From contig NIVC01000575.1 of the NCBI GenBank assembly GCA_002269645.1, positions 1-64,000 on the forward strand: a DNA stretch of 64,000 nt. Direction: 5' to 3'. Shown here in pieces: positions 1 through 12,027 of the stretch. Positions within the stretch are counted from its first letter, which is position 1; each line of letters begins with the position of its first letter. The notes under the pieces were generated by a model. That model was not told the origin of the DNA, did not search any database, and was given only the letters and a program-made list of their open reading frames with translations. Source of the stretch: Macrostomum lignano. Taxonomy: Eukaryota. Position numbers and translations under genes: made by a program.

Positions 1-3000
1 TTTTGTAGGTGGGCTCCTCGGAGCGACGGAAGAACTCCTTAGTCGAGCCCTGCGAAGAAAAGTTTTTCGAGCTTCTTATTTAAGGCACATAAACACTGCT
101 CACTGTTGTGGTCTCAGGGGCACAGCAAGCACCTCAGATTGAATCTCATATTCAAATATTTGGTAGACTTTTACCTTTTTGATTTCTGCTGCCTCAGCAA
201 ACTGTCTGCTAACAAGCTGTGGCTATGCTGCCGCCAGGATTCGTTTCAGTATCCGAAGGCACCCACCACCCTTCTGAATTCTATCAAAGATCCACGAACC
301 ATGCAACAAAAACCCACCGATGTCCATGGACCAAACCCACCGATGTCCATGGACAAACCTCCGGATGGCCATGGACCAAACCCACACGATGTCCATGGAC
401 AAACCTCCGGATGGCCATGGACCAAACCCACCGATGTCCATGGACAAACCTCCGGATGGCCATGGACCAAAACCAACAGATGCCAATGAACGGATGCTAA
501 ATCACTGACTACTCAAGTGGCTAAGTTACTACTTCAAGCGCAAAAAGTTGCTCCTCCAATGCCCTCACCTGAGTTAAGGGTGCCAAATTTGACACCCTTG
601 GCGTCGTTAGCCAAAATCGCTGACGCTTTCAATTGGCGCGATCAGCCTCTCGATTGTAAGACAGGCAGTCAGGTTAGCGGTGTAATAGGCCATGATGATG
701 AGCGAGAAGGCCCACCAGCAGGAACCAATTATTCTTGTTGACGCCGACCTGGGCGAGATGTCGATGCCTTGCTGTACAAACGAGGCGAAACTAAACCAGA
801 GACTATTCACTAAACTGAAGTTTCTTTCCGCTGTCTGCACAGGTTGGTGTCGCAGTAGCGGTCTCTGCGTCGGCTGCGACCTGCCGTAGCGGTCGACCTC
901 CACGGAACACCTGCTAAATGCGTCGACGAACGAAATTGAATTAAAAATCCAACTTTTCGCCAAATCTGCTTTCCAGAATGTCACGGTCTCGTTTTAAATG
1001 TAACATACGCTCGTACGAGCGTAAACAAAAATTTCTGAAGAAAGGCGTCTTGCCAACTCCTCGTCTTGTCCTATCCACATGTATTAAACACTTGATGTGA
1101 TTGGCCACTTCCTTGTCAATGACACTACTTTAGGCGTCTGTTCAGAATTTTACCCATAAATTTGCCACAGTCAAGCGAAATCTGCCTTTTTGATTTGGTT
1201 CCGAGCTTTCGTTTATGGAAAAAATCGACAGATCTGACGTTTCATTGCAAAAATCCGTCAGTAACTAGCATTTAGGAAAGTCGCGACTTTCCTAGTGATT
1301 TCTTTAGTTCACCTTCACTTGTCTCTGTTTACTCTGTTTTCTCTCTCTGTCTAGCTCAATCTTGTTATTCTTATCTCTCTCCCTTGTTGCCTTCTGATTG
1401 GCTCTCCATTCTCGCCTCTCTCTTTAGTCGCGCACTCGACCCCTCCTTTTATTATAAGGGAGTCGACCCCCTCTAAGTTAGTGTCATATATAACACTGGT
1501 TTGGGCCCTGCGCCCACTTACTGCTCCTTCTCTTAGTATTCAATTAAATAGTCTCTAGTTTAGTTTTATTTTCTCGACATTCAGATCCATCGGGCCTTAA
1601 GAAAGCGTCCAACAGGAATAGAAACTGACACTCACCCCGGACCAGAGGCGCGCTGCCGCTGTTGATCTGGTGGCGGCTGGTCCTGCAGATTCCACTCAAG
1701 CGGGCTGACACGGGCCAGCAGTGCCATGACTGCGGCCAGGATCATCGTTGCCATTAGGATGGCCACCCACAGCTGATGCTCCAATGGCTGCATAAAGCTG
1801 AACATGCCGGGCTTGGTCTTCTGTGGCTTTTTAATGATCACAGACAGGCCGAAGTTCATGAAGGGCTCAGAGAACAGCACGTATTCGCTGCGCTCAGAGG
1901 TGATTGTCAGGGAGGCGATCGCGACGTCCGCTTTGCCGCGAATCACCTCACCTGGTGATGGGAGTGTTGATTCAATTTGGATTAGACAAATTAATCAATT
2001 TATGCTGTTTATAAGTGGGTCGTAAATATGTATTTTTTAGTTTTTGAGTTATAGGTGCCTCAGGTATCTCCACCCCGACCTGAGGTATCTCCTCTCCGAC
2101 CTAAGGTATCTTCACACCGACCTGAGGTATCTCCACCCAGAACTGAGGTATCTCCACCCAGAACTGAGGTATCTCCTCCCGACCTAAGGTATCTCCTCTC
2201 CGACCTGAGGTATCTCTACTACGACCTGAGGTATCTCCACTCTGACCTGAGGTATTTCCTCTTCAACCTAAGGTATCTACACTCCGACCTGAGGTATTTC
2301 AACCCGACCTGAGGTATCTCAACCCCGACCTGAGGTATCTCCACCCAGAACTGAGGTATCTCCACCCAGAACTGAGGTATCTCCTCTCCGACCTAAGGTA
2401 TCTCTTCCCGACCTAAGGTATCTCCTCCCGACCTGAGGTATCTCCTCTCCAACCTAAGGTATCTCCACTCCGACCTGTGGTATCTCCACCCCAACCTGAG
2501 GTATTTCAACCCGACCTGAGGTATCTCAACCCCGACCTGAGGTATCTCATCCTCGACCTAAGGTAGCTCTACTCCGACGCGGTAGCAGATATCGAAATGT
2601 AGGTAGCAATTCACTTCAAACCCCAAGCAGTACCGAGCATCCAAAATCGTACGTGTGAGTCTTCGATACATTACTGACTGACATGCCATCTGTCACCTCG
2701 TTCTTTTGTGGATTGGATACCTAGAAGGATTCTGGCTGCAGTAATACCCCTGATAGTAGTTCGTATATTGCAAAAACCGAATGATTCGAGGCTTTCTCGA
2801 TGGTCTCTCTCCCTGTTTTTCTTCCCCAGAAATTCTTCTCTTCAACTCAACGCACTCCATCGCCATCTGACGCTGTCATATTGGCTGTCACATGTCGTTG
2901 TTGGAGGCGGCCTTTTAAAGGAGAAAAAAGAAAAAATTTCCAGTCAAACGTCGTCTGCACTTTTCTGTCCACTTATGAAATTGTGCGCTCTCAAGTAGCA

Positions 3001-6000
3001 ATTCGAATATTGCTCGCGGGGGGGGGAGGGCGCGGCATTTCCCCAGTCCGTGGACTCCCGGGAAATAGAGCCAGATAGACTGGAAGCAAAACTGGAAATT
3101 GCGAGCATTCGAAATATTTGAAAGGCGTCAAATACAGAGGGATTTTCAGTAGAGGGAAAAAAGATTGTGTAGAGCTCAGCTCTTGAGTGTAACATTGGAT
3201 AGAAGGGGTACTTCCATGCCCGATTCTTCCAGTCCGGAATGCTCCGTTTCAGTGGTCCCCGGCCAGTCCCATATGACTTGCCAGGCTTCTTCTGTACGAC
3301 GTACGTGCGTGGACTCCTCGTCACAAAATTTGCTTAAGCCAACTCATTCACCCCCAACCTGACCTTGCCTTCCCAGGCCCCATGAGAAATCAGGGAGGGT
3401 TTCCACTGCCTGGCGAATTTACTCCCCTATTCTGAACTGATCCAACAGTTTCCTCCACCCCAGCATCTCCGTTTGATCATCCCGCTTTTTGCACCGACCG
3501 ATTGTAACTCCCAATCGTATTTCTTGGCTTTGATTGAAAGAAAAACTGTTGACATTTTTCTGATTGGCCTCATCAGCCCAGCTGTCTGAATCTGGGGCCG
3601 CTGATTTAACTGCAGTTATTACTGTTCCCGATTGAATTTCAAACACCTGAAGCTTCAGATTGAGCAGAAAAGAAATAAAAATTTCATAATGCGTAGAATA
3701 GCTTTTTGACAAGTAACTGGCCTCGTCAACTTTGCACCCTGACTTCCTGAATTCTCTACTCTCACCTCAGATATCCCTTTACTCCGAACCCAGCAGTCCT
3801 AGATATATACGAGAGTAGAGATCTCTCGTATGCTTACTCCGACCTTAAGTTTCAAAAATATTCCTCTCCTCCATCTTCAGTTATCCTCCGACATAGTGAA
3901 TCCAGCTCATGGCTGCAGGCCAGATGAGAGAAAAGAGAGAGGAGAGAAGAGAGAAAGTTAAGAAGAGACGCAAACCTTGAGCGGGCCGGGTTGCTGTTGT
4001 AAAGTTTCAAAGGACCGGGAGCCGGATAGAGAGGCTCCGCAGGCCGGAGTTTGCCGACTCCTGTCCTACGACGTATCCCCGCTGTACAACTTCAGTCTTC
4101 AGGTGTCTTAAATCTGAGGTAAGTATTTAGCTATTCCTCAGACTTCAGGTACTCCCACTTTGAATGCAGTTCCAGAGTTCGTACTGTCATTGTGATGATT
4201 CCAGATCTCCCAATCATAGCGATCTCACCGCCTCACCCATCATTCCGTTCCACTCGAGCTCCCCGCTGCCATCGGGGCTGGGCTCCTGGGCGCCGTACTT
4301 TCCGTCCTCAACCAGGTGCAGCTGCCAGTCGACACCCAGCTTGGCGAAGACCATCTCGGCCAAGTCAATGCAGAATCCGTGATAGCGCTGCCTGAAATCC
4401 GAGGCGTTCTCGCTGCCCTCGCGCAACATGACAAACGGCTCGTTGAGGATGCTGACCACCCGGATCACGGTGCCATTGCCGAGCCTGAGGCTCGCATCTG
4501 TTGTGTCGTTTGCGCCGCTAGCGCCGGACCGCCTTCGGTGCCGGTCGTTGGTGATGTTGAGGCCGCCGGCAGGGGTCCAGACTCCAATTGGTTGGGAGCG
4601 GTGCGGCGCGCCCATCAGGTCCATCACGCGGATGGTATCGGAGCCGCTGCTTGAAAGCCTCGAGGCAACGGCTTGGTGCAGGCGGTGGCGAAGCTCTCGA
4701 CGTTCAAGACTGTGACGTCGCTGGCTGCCGTCGCCCCGGATTTTTCGCCGACCAACTACTAAACCGACGTCGCCTCCGGGGCAGGACAGGTCTGGCCAGG
4801 TCAGGACAGTTGTTCTGCTGACGACATGATCGTCGCTTGTTGCCAAGCCGACCGAATTAGCGGCCTCCGCCAGGGCGGTCAGAGCTGATTGCATCGCCAG
4901 AACATCGTGCGACGGCGGGTTGAGATCCGGCCGGCCGTGGCCGAGAACGTAAGCGGCCGGCGGGATGGAACCGAAACGCCGGGAATAGCCGCTGGGGATC
5001 TGAGAGAGTTTGTAGCTGAACTGCCTGGATTTGCCCCTCGGATTACCGGCTGCTACAGAACTGAGACAATGAGAAGACAAACCAAGAAAACTGAGGAACC
5101 ACAAAACTGAGAAGCAAACTACGAGTAAAATGGAAGACCGAGTAAGGACACAACCGAGTAAAGAGACAACGTAGATGCATCTTTACAACGAGTAAAGATG
5201 CAACCGAGTAAAGACACGACCAAGTAAAGACACAACAGAGTAAGAACACAACCGAGTACAGACACAAAACAACTGAGTAAAGACACGCAACTGAGTAAAT
5301 TGACTCCCAAGACACAATCCAACCGTAAGCAAGCTAAAAAGCCGTACCGCCAGATCGAATCCGGTGATATTGCAGCCGCTGTAGATGAAGCTGCCCAGCT
5401 GCAGCTCCGACATGCCCAGCGCAGCAACGGCATAGTGATACTCGGGCCTATTCATGCCTAGCAGGGCCAGCTCTTCCAGCAGCAGCTGCACGCTGTGCAT
5501 TCCACCAACATCTACAGCCAACAGTCGACGCCGCGGATGCTGCCGAGTAAGCCTGGCGTCCAGACCGCGCAGCGCCGACCGAGTTCTCTCCAGCTGCGAT
5601 GGCCCGGCGGCCGCGCCACCCGTCGAAAATCGATACTCTCCCCGCGCTGCCAAATCCGGCGCTGTCGGCCTCGTCCTGTCGCTTCCGACGCCGGAGCGCC
5701 TCAGCGAGGCGAACACCCGACGGAAGCCGGCGTCGTCAGCGTAGACGTAGGAGAAATCCGTCCAGTTGAGGTAGGCCAGGAGGCTCTCAAACGCCGGCGC
5801 CAATTCGGGTAGCGGGCTGAGCCTGGTGCCCGGCAAGTCGGGAAAAGCCTGCCGCCAGGCGATGTAGAGCATGTCGTGCGCTCTGGCCCAGCTGGCGATG
5901 AGGCGGTCAGCCTCCGGACATACTGAGGCAAACAGGGCCGCGGCACCGGCTCTGGTGGCTGAGCAGAGCCTGGAGAGCAGGCTGTAGCCGCTTTGACTGA

Positions 6001-6208
6001 TGTTAGGCTCCAACGGGACGACTTTGACGACTCCGACGCTCGACGCGACGTCGGCAGCGACGCGCCTGAAGACAATCTCGGTGCCTGGCGGAGCCGAGCT
6101 GTCGTAGAAGAAGTAGATCGGAAATCTGGAACCTGCTGGCGCCGCCACTGCTGCTCCTGCTGCTGCGGTGGCGACAGAAACTATCAAGGCAAGGGTCAGC
6201 TGTTGCAT
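1..6208 (-). CDS. Ionotropic glutamate receptor, AMPA/kainate-like, 3' end beyond window start. Exons (-): 6208-5348, ~4999-4237, 1951-1636, ~913-569, ~49-<1. Two apparent 1-nt insertions in homopolymers (~613-616 and ~48-50).
   Basis: Signal peptide ([18 protein letters not shown]) and long ATD; S1 motifs [57 protein letters not shown]; M1; M2 loop [14 protein letters not shown]; M3 [15 protein letters not shown]; S2 start [10 protein letters not shown] at 49-20. GT/AG sites with compatible phases for the first three introns. Confidence 0.93.
312..475. repeat. Minisatellite, ~22-23-bp units (gatgtccatggaccaaacccacc and variants), in iGluR intron
   Basis: Direct tandem copies containing ccatgg visible at 312-475. 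Confidence 0.85.
2056..2575. repeat. 21-bp minisatellite (ctgaggtatctccaccccgac), ~24 copies, in iGluR intron
   Basis: Recurrent (t/a)aggtatctc at ~21-bp spacing. Confidence 0.9.
3905..4063 (+). mobile_element. Partial hAT-type MITE (right end), same family as 18010-18658
   Basis: Shares gagcgggccgg..tttcaaaggacc..gccggatag..caggccggagtttgc with 18560-18658; ends in gtttgccgactcctg, the near reverse complement of caggggtcggcaaac at 18010. Confidence 0.7.
5110..5300. repeat. Degenerate 16-19-bp tandem repeat (aaagacacaaccgagt) in iGluR intron 1
   Basis: Recurrent gagtaaaga motif. Confidence 0.75.
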
Positions 6209-6629
6209 CGGTGAAAAACTTCTGTTGAAATCTGGGGAACTGGGAACCCAATGGAGACTATGAGCTCACCAACTGAGGTTGGGACAAAATTTTGAGCATT
6301 TTCTTGGTTTAAAGCCAGTTTCCTGTCGCCTCCGGGCCTCTTTTTGCCTCCCTGATCCCGAGAGTGTTGCCAGGGCGCTTGAGTCATCCAATAGAACGAG
6401 TAAAGGGAGAGATTTTGCGCCCATTTGGCACGCAATTTTTATCCCTTAAAGGAGAAGTCATTAAAAATTGGGTCTACAGTGTTTCTCAGAGTCTCAGTGC
6501 AGTTGCAAAAGCAAGCCGCCGCTTCCGGACACTCAACTCGGGTTGTAAACCTGACATTCACCGAGCTGATTCGGATTTTTATGTGCTCAAGCAAATGTTT
6601 TGAAATGCTGTCCAGCCTCTCTTAAATCA

Positions 6630-7745
6630 TGTAGTTTACTGTCATCCTCTCCCTGATTCTGTAACTTACTGTCACTGTCTCCCTGATTCTGTAACTTACT
6701 GTCACTGTCTCCCTGATTCCGTAACTTACTGCCACCCTCCCTGATTCTGTAACTTTCTGTCACCGTCTCCCTGATTCTGTAACTTACTGTCACTGTCTCC
6801 CTGATTCCGTAACTTACTGTCACTGTCTCCCTGATTCTGTAACTTACTGTCACTGTCTCCCTGATTCTGTAACTTACTGTCACTGTCTCCCTGATTCTGT
6901 AACTTACTGTCACTGTCTCCCTGATTCTGTAACTTACTGTCACTGTCTCCCTGATTCTGTAACTTACTGTCACTGTCTCCCTGATTCTGTAACTTACTGT
7001 CACTGTCTCCCTGATTCTGTAACTTACTGTCACTGTCTCCCTGATTCTGTAACTTACTGTCACTGTCTCCCTGATTCTGTAACTTACTGTCACTGTCTCC
7101 CTGATTCTGTAACTTACTGTCACTGTCTCCCTGATTCCGTAACTTACTGTCACTGTCTCCCTGATTCTGTAACTGACTGTCACTGTCTCCCTGATTCTGT
7201 AACTTACTGCCACCCTCCCTGATTCTGTAACTTACTGTCACTGTCTCCCTGATTCTGTAACTTACTGTCACCGTCTCCCTGATTCTGTAACTTACTGTCA
7301 CTGTCTCCCTGATTCTGTAACTTACTGTCACTGTCTCCCTGATTCCGTAACTTACTGTCACTGTCTCCCTGATTCTGTAACTTACTGTCACTGTCTCCCT
7401 GATTCTGTAACTTACTGTCACTGTCTCCCTGATTCTGTAACTTACTGTCACTGTCTCCCTGATTCCGTAACTTACTGTCACTGTCTCCCTGATTCTGTAA
7501 CTGACTGTCACTGTCTCCCTGATTCTGTAACTTACTGCCACCCTCCCTGATTCTGTAACTTACTGTCACTGTCTCCCTGATTCTGTAACTTACTGTCACC
7601 GTCTCCCTGATTCTGTAACTTACTGTCACTGTCTCCCTGATTCCGTAACTTACTGCCACCCTCCCTGATTCTGTAACTTACTGTCACTGTCTCCCTGATT
7701 CTGTAACTTACTGTCACTGTCTCCCTGATTCTGTTATTTACTGTC
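6630..7745. repeat. 30-bp minisatellite (ctgattctgtaacttactgtcactgtctcc), ~37 copies, with recurring shorter gccaccctcc variant
   Basis: Near-perfect tandem copies; source of the spurious RIRETVTVSY and LQNQGDSDSK ORFs. Confidence 0.97.
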
Positions 7746-8267
7746 CCTCTCTCCCAGATCCTGTGGTTTTCATTTTACTACTAACCTCTCAAATCCATGG
7801 TTGTCTGCACTGTATCTTCTTAAAAATAACTGTTTCGATTATGGGGATTTTCCTCCCGATTTGATCCAAAGATTCTAGGGTTACCCTCTTGCAAAATTAG
7901 TGTATCGCAAGTTCCAAATCTCAGCTACACAGATAACTCACTGTGCCCTTAACTATAGTGCATAATTTAGCCATTCCGCTTGGCCCCAATTTGCATGAAA
8001 CAGACTAAATTGTTAGTCCACATGGCAGCCTTTTATCTGGCTCTCGACCAGTTCACCTTTCTTCACTTTTTCTCTGTAGGCTATGAAAATGGCAGTAGAA
8101 ATCACAGCCTTATCTAGCCAGTTTCATGGCTGATCAGTCAGTAAAGGTAGCTGATAAGGTTGCCAAGCTGAACCCTATAAGGTACAGAGCCTGTGGTGCC
8201 ACTCGCCTCTCATTCTAACTCAAAATTTATTCAACAAAGTAGTCAACAGAGCCCACAGAGACAAGCC

Positions 8268-11200
8268 ATGGCGGACAACTTTCTCATTGAAGAGAAGATT
8301 GTGACGTTGCAGAAATCTGCGATGGAAAATGTCACCGTCATGGCTGGCATCGACAGAGGCAAGCGGCTCAGGCTCGATTAATTCAATTATTAGCCACTAT
8401 TTTACTTTTACGGTATACTGGCTGGGTTTAGGAATCCATTATATTATATGCATTAACCGTCCGACCCACCTTGTTGCATGCAGGCTGTTCCCTCACCAAG
8501 GTCCTCTTCGTCACTGCCGGAAACTCTGACGACACTTTCAAACTACACCTTGCACTCTTCAACAACACGCACTTTGAGGCCGGACTAGACTATCTGGCTA
8601 GCAAGGCCATCCTGCAGCGGGGAGAGGGTGGCAAACTGCACGTGACTGGCGTCGGATGCGACAGATATCGAGAGCTAATTCAGGAGAAATTGGGACTGGA
8701 GTAAGAATTATTGGGGCTGCTAATCAGCGGTTGACATTGAAACACCCACCCTACCTTCTCGGTTGGTTATGTCTCTCCTCCCACAGCCATTAAAACACCC
8801 ACCCTACCTTCTCGGTTGGTTATGTCTCTCCTCCCACAGCCATTAAAACACCCACCCCACTCTCTCGGTTGGTTTTGCCTCTCCTCTCACAGCCATTAAA
8901 ACACCCACCCACCCTCTCGGTTGGTTATGTCTCTCCTCTCACAGCCATTAAAACACCCACCCCACCCTCTCGGTTGGTTATGTCTCTCCTTCCACAGCCA
9001 TTAAAACACCCACCCCACTCTCTCGGTTGGTTATGTCTCTCCTCTCACAGCCATTAAAACACCCACCCCACCCTCTCGGTTGGTTATGTCTCTCCTCCCA
9101 CAGCCATTAAATCACGGTTGGTTGTACCTCGGGTCGTTGGCTAGCAGAACTTCATTGAAGGATTTGCTATTCTGGTTGCTATTACTGGCAGTCGAATTGC
9201 TGCCCGTCAAATGACGGTATCGAAAAATTAGTTGCAAACAATAGGTAAAACTGGGATTCTCAACTAATAAATACAAGCGTAGCTTTAGTAGCCAATCAGG
9301 TAATGGGATATCAGTCTTATCAGTCGGTTCTTGCACGGTTCACCGTCTTTAATTATTAATCCAGGATAAAATTATCCTGGCTTCAACTGAATTCTTAATT
9401 TAAATCTTACAGGAACAATTAGATAGTAATACTGCTTTCACACAATACTACTGACTAGCAGATGAGTAGCATAGAAGTAGTACGCGGACAATTATTACTT
9501 TCAAAAACAAAATAGCAGAACTGGCTTTCACAACGATAAAAAAATCTTGAAGACCAACTTTTGAAGCGAGAACAGGACGGTGAGATGAAACTGTTTGTGC
9601 TCCCCTGTCTGCCTGCTCTCAGGTTGGAATTCATCGACGAGTTCCTGTCGCAGACTCGCGGCGCCCACTGGCTGATCAAGAACCTGCCCATTGAGGAGCT
9701 CTGCTATCCGGAGACGGAGGCCGACCTCGGCCAAATCACTGGCAGGGCTGAGAACCCGCTGCAGGCCAACATGAACCAGCAGTTTCAGCTGAGCAGCGAG
9801 GATGTTGCCAGCGCGACCCCCTCCCTGCCCTGCCTATTCTGTTTCATTGGTTCCGCCGGTGGCGTCATCTTTGTGAGCGGGCTGGCAGGGCTCGGGAACA
9901 GTTGCCATGCATTCTGATGAATCTGGTCTTGCCTTATCAACTTTCATTTTGGCATCCTTAATTTGGAGCCCCGGATGCTAAATTAGCACTTACTTTTTTC
10001 AAGCTGAATGCCACTTAGTTTAGGTTCCTTATTTTGGGACGCTACGGACATATGAGGCTAGATAAAGAGGGGCGCTAGTCAGTCAGGTGATGTACACAAA
10101 CTCGTAAATCATTTGTGGTCCTAAATTTAAGATGAATAACTGCAACCACGAAGAGGGATTGTGTGTGGCTGTTAGTGCATATGCCTGTTTATCGTATAAA
10201 AGCCCACTACTCTTATCCGATGTCACTCATCTGAATAGTTTAAGAAGGGAGCCAGTCGAGGGCAACAGAGGAGGCTCGTGCCTTTTTGGTATCAAGGATT
10301 TCTGTACCGCAAGTCGTCGAATTATCTGTGAGGTGACTGCCGTCAAAATTTTCTGCGCGCGTCTGCCTGTTCGCGCTTATGTCAAATATCGTTGTAATTT
10401 TGCGGTGAAATTCCCTTCCCACAACTGAAATCCCAGCTGAAAGAGAACGGCGAATCCTACCTGGTCACGAGTCTCTGGATGGCCGGCAAGTCGTTCCTCG
10501 GCTTCGGCAAGATGCTGCTGGGCACCAGCAGCTACGACGAGATAATGCGGCTGGCCGAGCGCGGTCGCCGTGGCAACATCGACAACGAGGGCAGAGACCT
10601 GGTGCAGACCGGGTGGACGGGCCCTACGGCCGGATGCCCGCCAGCCTGCCGATCTTCCCGTTTGGCAAAGCTGTGGACCTGGAGCTGGAGAGTGAGCGAG
10701 CGCATGAGTCTTTGTTTTAGAGTCTCTTTGTTCGAGAGTCTTTGTTCGAGAGTCTGTTTGAGGTATTTGCTTAATAGTCCTTATTCGAGAGTCTGCTCGA
10801 GAGGCTTTGTTCTTGAGTCTTTGTTGTGGAGTCTATTTACGAGTCTTTGTTTTAGAGTATTTATTTGTGAGTCTTTGTTTGTGAGTCCATATACAAGAGT
10901 TTTTTGCTTGAGTGTCTTTGCTCGAGAGTCTTTGTTCAAGAGTCTTTTTCGGGAGTCTTTGTTCGCGAGTCCTTATTCGAGAGTTTTTGTTTGGGAGTCT
11001 TAATTCGCGAGTCTTTGTTCGCGAGTCTAGGTTTAGGATCTTGCTTTTCGGAACTAGTTATAGCAGGGACTTCTAAGAAATGCAATCAGATGACTGGAAG
11101 TAATCAAACACTGCCCCCAATTTACACGCTAGTTGTTTAGATGGTCATGCCAAGATGGTCATGCCAATTCTTCTGATTCCTGAGCACCAACAGGTACGCG

Positions 11201-12027
11201 AATAGGTACGCAGGCCAACACTCACCCAGGGTATTCAGCTACTCTTCCAAATAGTTTTACAATTATGTAGTTAAACTTTTCTGGTGGCTTCATCAACTTT
11301 GCTTAAACGCCCCGAATCGCAGGAAACAAGTGCAGCAAGGAGGATCTCGCCGCTTCCATGGTTGCAGCTTTCGTCACCAACCTGATCAACCTGCTGTCAA
11401 CATCCGCCAAGATGACCGACACTCGCAGCATCTTCTTGGGCGGCAACTTCTTTCGGGATCCGTTCATGCGGCAGGAGATGCTTAGGCAGCAGCACTTCTT
11501 TCAGATGGTGGGTTCTGTGTGCTGGCCAGGATTGAGATGGGTGTCTGGGAGTTGGGGTCTGCATGCTGGCCAGGAGAGGACTGGGTGGGTGTCGAGGAGG
11601 TGGGGCCAGGAGAGGACTGGGAAAGGTGTCGGGGAGGTGAGGCCAGAAAATGACTGGGGTGGGTGTCGGCGAGGTGGGGCCAGGAGAGGACTGGGAGGGT
11701 GACGGGAAAGTGAGGCCAGGAGAGGGCTGAGGTGATGTCGGGGAGGTGGGGCCAGAGGAGGGCTGAGGTGGATGTCGGGGAGGTGGGGCCAGAGAGGGCT
11801 GAGGTGGGTGTCGGGGAGGTGGGGCCAGGAGAGGGCTGAGGTGGGTGTCGGGAGATGGGGCCAGGAGAGGACTTGGTGGATGCCGCACACCCCACGGAGC
11901 CGTTGCTCACCCGCAGCAATCACTGAATGTCCACTACCTCATCACGGGTCACACCGGAGCTGTAGGGGCGATGATCAGCGAACCTACGGACGCCCAGAGG
12001 TACCTGAAATTCGGCAAGCCAACCTGA
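8268..12027 (+). CDS. PANK: Divergent type II (eukaryotic) pantothenate kinase, ~369 aa. Exons: 8268-8358, 8484-8700, 9623-9872, 10437-10691 (one base short), 11323-11507, 11917-12027.
   Basis: Motifs in PanK order: GIDRGCSLTK (cf. DIGGTLVK), HVTGVG, IDEF..RGAHWLIKNLP, PCLFCFIGSAG, SFLGFGKMLLGTSSYDEIMRLAERG, FGK, SKEDLAAS, IFLGGNFFR, GHTGAVGA. Exon phases are consistent except for a 1-nt deletion in a G run at ~10611; AATAAA at ~12132 and ~12143. Confidence 0.88.
8740..9110. repeat. 53-bp minisatellite, ~7 copies, in PanK intron 2
   Basis: cagccattaaaacacccacc recurs at 8784, 8837 and onward. Confidence 0.92.
10705..11030. repeat. Degenerate short tandem repeat (gagtctttgttc-based) in PanK intron 4
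   Basis: Recurrent gagtct(t) at roughly 14-18-bp spacing. Confidence 0.75.
11520..11880. repeat. G-rich ~34-bp minisatellite (ggggccaggagagggctgaggtgggtgtcggggaggt) in PanK intron 5
   Basis: Tandem copies of ggccaggagag. Confidence 0.85.

Noticed and set aside
1007-1024. 18-bp palindrome tacgctcgtacgagcgta sharing 10 nt with the SINE copy-1 TSD
   Set aside because: Single occurrence with no element boundaries; may be chance
3419-3712. 97-aa ORF inside an iGluR intron on the same strand (possible cassette exon)
   Set aside because: S1 is already continuous across the 4237/1951 junction, and the ORF has no iGluR similarity
6587-7717. Long ORFs (151-271 aa) over the 30-bp array
   Set aside because: Stop-free frames of a tandem repeat; no coding features
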